This document shows, in pieces, positions 60,122 to 64,000 of a stretch of DNA of 64,000 nucleotides. A model generated the notes under the pieces. That model ran no database searches and had not been told where the DNA came from. It saw only the letters and a program-made list of their open reading frames with translations. This DNA is from Macrostomum hystrix (lineage: Eukaryota; Animalia; Platyhelminthes), in the NCBI GenBank assembly GCA_950097015.1, contig CATNEN010000009.1, positions 930,001 through 994,000 on the forward strand, read 5' to 3'. Position 1 is the stretch's first letter. Each line of letters starts with the position of its first letter. The translations under genes and the position numbers were made by a program.

Positions 60122-60409
60122 ATGACGAAGGGCACAACCTCGTTTGGTAAGCGGCACAACAAGTCACACACGCAGTGCCGCCGCTGCGGACGCAAGTCCT
60201 ACCACATCCAGAAGAAGACCTGCTCGTCCTGCGGCTACCCCAGCGCCCGTATTCGCCATTTCAACTGGGCCAAGAAGGCGCAGCGCAGGCGCACCACGGG
60301 CACCGGCCGCATGCGCCACCTGAAGGCTGTGCACCGTCGGTTCAACTACGGCTTCCGCACTGGCCTGACGAAGCCGTGCGCGCCAAAGGCTGTGGGAGCT
60401 AGCGCTTGA
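60122..60409 (+). CDS. RPL37: 60S ribosomal protein L37
   Basis: [40 protein letters not shown]...[14 protein letters not shown]. Confidence 0.98.
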   Translation: MTKGTTSFGKRHNKSHTQCRRCGRKSYHIQKKTCSSCGYPSARIRHFNWAKKAQRRRTTGTGRMRHLKAVHRRFNYGFRTGLTKPCAPKAVGASA

Positions 60410-60699
60410 GCAGCGACTCAAATTAACTGCAGGCGTGGAAACTGTTGACTGGAAAATTTGCTAGCCGCTGGCAAGATGTGACACCCAACCTTTGTTGAGT
60501 AAAATACAAGCGTGTGTGGTCTATAGTGTGTTCGCTCTGATTGGAAATCCGGCCTTCTCTGTTTCATTCATTTCTTTGCCTTTGATTTTCAGATTGAGTT
60601 ACAGTCAGCTATTGTTCTCCTAATAGTAATAATAACTGCAGTTATTGACGATGGCACATCATTTGGTGACACTAGACCCGCAGCTAGCGAGGAGGCAAT

Positions 60700-60980
60700 T
60701 CTGCCCATTTCGCTAACTCCTGAGCACACACGCACACAGATACTGTACACAGACACATGCTCATACAGGTGTGTACATCTGCCCAGATTTTTTCATCGTC
60801 AGTGTACATTTAACTGCGCCTTGGAAGTTGGCCCTCAATGGCGTAAATTGCACGACAAGCCCCCAAGCCTTCTCTCCGCGGATGCGCCCCAAATGAATGT
60901 GGCCTCGCTGCAGAATCACACCAGCTCAGGGACCTTGGTGCGGGAGGCAAACACGTTAACCGCTCTGCCACCGCCCCCCC
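60700..60980 (-). mobile_element. tRNA-derived SINE, family A
   Basis: Reverse-complement similarity to 14261-14540 along its length. Confidence 0.7.
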
Positions 60981-61200
60981 CCTATGTACTTGTGAAGCTG
61001 TGTACTTGCCATCATAACTGGCCCTACATCTCGAACAATTATCTCTGGTTCACATCGTGACACACCTTATTTGATCGCACTATTGCGCTAATCCCACTTT
61101 CAGCCCCTAATCCACCACAGATGCCGAAAATAGCAGTGACGTCTGCGTAGCCAGGGCCAGGCCAAGCAAGCTGACTGTTACAGCCATCAGCCACTCACTG

Positions 61201-62139
61201 ATGCAGCAGCAGCGGCTTTTAAATGGCGGAGGCGGCCAGCAGGGCAAGAAGTTTCGGAAGCGGCGCGAGTTGAACGCTCTCGTTCCGCTGGGCAGGCAGC
61301 AGCAGCAGCAGCAGCAGCTGGCTCTGCAGCCGTTCGGCGGTAGTCGACGAAGCCTCCAGGCCGGCCGGAGCTCCGCATCCGCATTTACGTCGAATTCGTC
61401 GTCCGACGAAGCGGCTGCTGTGGCGGCTGCCAACCTGGACGGCATCGAAATTGCGACAACTGAGAGTGGCAGCAGCAGCAGCGATGGCGGTGACGACTGC
61501 CCGCCCGACAGTCGCAAGCTGCTGCGACCGAGGGACCGGCGCAAGCGCTGCCACCGGCGTCGGGGTCGGTGCGAGGCCGCCCTGTCGAGGCACTGGCGGA
61601 GCGGCAACTCGGGTAGCGGAAGCGGTGGCGGCTCCTGCAGCTGGTGGCCCGTGCAGCTGCTGAGCAGCGCTGTCTGCCTGTCCCTGTGCGCCCTGCTGCT
61701 CTGGCTGACGCTGGGCCTGAGGTCCGGCTCCGCTGACCTGGCCTACCGCCTGCAGTCGCTTAGCCGCGAGTCCAGACGGCTCCAGGAGGAGCTGGAAGCT
61801 CTGCGCGCCGCCCGCCAATCAGCGTCCGGCAACCTGACCCGGCTGGCCGCGCGCGCAGCCGGCGCCGAGGCCCGCTCGGCCCGCCTGGCCGGCGCCCTCA
61901 GCCGTCTGGGCGCCCGCGTCGCCAAGCTGGTGCAGGACAGCGCGGACCGCGCCGCCGGCCTCGCCCGCCTGCGCGACCAGCTGGACCGCCTGCGCGCCCG
62001 GCTCAAAGCGTCGACGCAGTCAAAGCCTTCGCCGACGGAGACTGTGGCAACGACGGCGGTGGTAAAAAATTCGAGCTCAGCTGGGTCCGCAGCACGCAAC
62101 CAAACGGGCATTCCCGCCGTGGCTGCTGGTTCCATTTGA
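61201..62139 (+). CDS. EFCAB14/KIAA0494-like type II membrane coiled-coil protein
   Basis: KKFRKRRELNALVPLG resembles the EFCAB14 N-terminus; followed by S/D-rich tract, single TM (LLSSAVCLSLCALLLWLTLGL) and coiled coil; no EF-hand visible. Confidence 0.65.
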   Translation: MQQQRLLNGGGGQQGKKFRKRRELNALVPLGRQQQQQQQLALQPFGGSRRSLQAGRSSASAFTSNSSSDEAAAVAAANLDGIEIATTESGSSSSDGGDDCPPDSRKLLRPRDRRKRCHRRRGRCEAALSRHWRSGNSGSGSGGGSCSWWPVQLLSSAVCLSLCALLLWLTLGLRSGSADLAYRLQSLSRESRRLQEELEALRAARQSASGNLTRLAARAAGAEARSARLAGALSRLGARVAKLVQDSADRAAGLARLRDQLDRLRARLKASTQSKPSPTETVATTAVVKNSSSAGSAARNQTGIPAVAAGSI

Positions 62140-64000
62140 CGCTGGTTTCAGAGAACTTCGGGTCCTGCGTAACTGTAAGAACGACCACGCAATCCCCCCT
62201 GGGGAAGACCACGCGGTATTTCAAATACCGCAGCGGCACCCAGTGCCCACTTCAAGACAGCTCCCAAACCAAATAACAGATTTTCGTGAAAGTCCACCAT
62301 ACGAATCACAATTTTCTCAACGAGACGAGAACCGTTGAATACCTCGACGATGCCGATGTATTCTGGTTATGGAAGCTGTCTCATTGTATACAGCGTTTCA
62401 TGGCCATTTGTTGAATATCCACTGCTAAAGCTTGTACTTATTACCCGGCTCTGCCCAATGGTTTGCCACAATTCACATTTCCAGCAGAATTTCAATGACC
62501 TTCATACACTACTGTTAGTAGCCTCCTTAACATTTGCAACAATTCAAGCGAGTTCAGTCTCGGCTTTGTCCAGCTGGCTAGCTAAACAAATTGTTGGCCT
62601 CAGGCCCGGCTCTTTTAAGACTCAAAAGCAATGCAAGTCGGTTTCCGCCGGCTCTAGCTATTCAAGCTGTGCATGAACTCTTGTTATTCCAAGGCTATAT
62701 TTACTCATTGATTGAATTCCTGTCGTTCAGCGCTAAATATCAAAATGGTCTGTTCTTATCTAGGAATTTCTGATCAGCTGATTGGCTCGCTCTTTCTCTA
62801 TTAGCTCTTTCTATAAAGATTTATACTGCGACGCCTATTGTTATATTTAGAGTTCATTTCTTACAACCGCTTTTAACATTACCTGGCATCTCATTGTCCA
62901 TTGTCTGTTCTGCCCCTGCCTACAATCCACCGCGTGATTGGTTTGCTTGCAATTCGATGCTAGTCAAAGATGCAATCCAAGTACGTAGCTGATCATTTTG
63001 TGTTTTGCATGCCTGATGTTAGTCAGTATTTGTTGTTCTGTCTAGGCGTCCATTCCAGCTGTTTTATTTTTGGCACCTGTCTTTGCGCGTTTGTCGCTTT
63101 TCTCTGCCGCACTTCCCCGGTTTGAGTTCCAGTGGCTAGTCGGAACTCATGATCACGGATAGCGGGAGTGTCACACAAGTGTTCCGAGAGCTGCTTTTTA
63201 GTCACATATTTTGTCAATTTTATCAATATCTTCAACTGTTTTGTGCAGTTCAGTTTTATTTTTTGTCGTTCAAAGCGCGCCTGCACAATGGGAACGAGCA
63301 ATAGACTTATTATACCTTGATTCTATTTTTTCCTCACTGTTTTGTGTTTCTTTTTAAACTTTTATTCGTTAATTTTCTTTTGCACACGTGTTCCGTGAGT
63401 CAGTACGAATAGTTACAGAGGTGTACAGGTTTTTCTACTCGAGCTTTGCCACCGACTTCTGTCTCTTTTATTTCACTAGGACTATTGTGTTTAGGTATTA
63501 GGTAGACAGTTGGTTCATTGTACTCAGTCTGTATTTCTTGGAATAGGCAAATGATTATAACAAAAGCCCGAAATGGCCAGCCATGTCATTCCCTGTTCCA
63601 TGTCCTGTGTTTTATCCCTCACAAGCGAATTTGCATTTTACTCGGCGTATTTGCTTAAACAGGCTAATCACCTCATGGGTACAGCTTCTAAGTTGCATTT
63701 TAGGTTCTCGAGGCTCACAATTGACCATTGCCTGAATACTGGCTCACCTGGTCATGCTCACCAGTCATCATGAGTGCTAAGCAGCTGTGCCCTGCATTAG
63801 TGAAATTAAATAGTTATTGATTTACTGTAGTGCTTCAGTGTTGCTAATGGTGATCTGAGTACCTGAGTTTGCCTGCTAAATAGCAAAATTGCAGCCGTTC
63901 TGAGACCCACTGCCACTCAATTATCACGTATAAGCTTCTGGCCTCCCTAACTCCTGCCAAAATCATCAGTAATTATAGACTTCATAATACTTGCCCTGGC

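Overview
Eukaryotic (metazoan) genomic DNA. GC-rich, Ala-rich compact exons, introns and spacers filled with 17-50 bp minisatellites, and a Mab-21 gene suggest a free-living flatworm such as Macrostomum (inference only). 1-4 kb: decayed Polinton/adintovirus-like remnant (A32-type packaging ATPase interrupted by an in-frame 12-bp minisatellite and truncated by a BEL/Pao integrase fragment). 4.2-6.8 kb: cGAS-like Mab-21 nucleotidyltransferase. 8.2-10.4 kb: intronless 724-aa orphan. 17.5-40.5 kb: eight co-oriented minus-strand housekeeping genes (LYRM7, NFYC, DnaJ, BLOC1S6, IDI1, CWC25, NUP58, TAF10). 56.5-62.1 kb: three co-oriented plus-strand genes (EDEM1, RPL37, EFCAB14-like). Nearly all of these begin right after a 3' splice acceptor, as expected for spliced-leader (SL) trans-spliced operons. 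The most striking signal is that TAF10, BLOC1S6 and EDEM1 have no in-frame ATG ahead of their conserved N-terminal regions and each begins at a phase-0 acceptor, which fits use of the AUG at the 3' end of the flatworm SL as start codon. Also present: a solo EEP nuclease, a PAN+LamG secreted protein, two MITEs and two tRNA-derived SINE families. All calls are by eye; no database searches were run.
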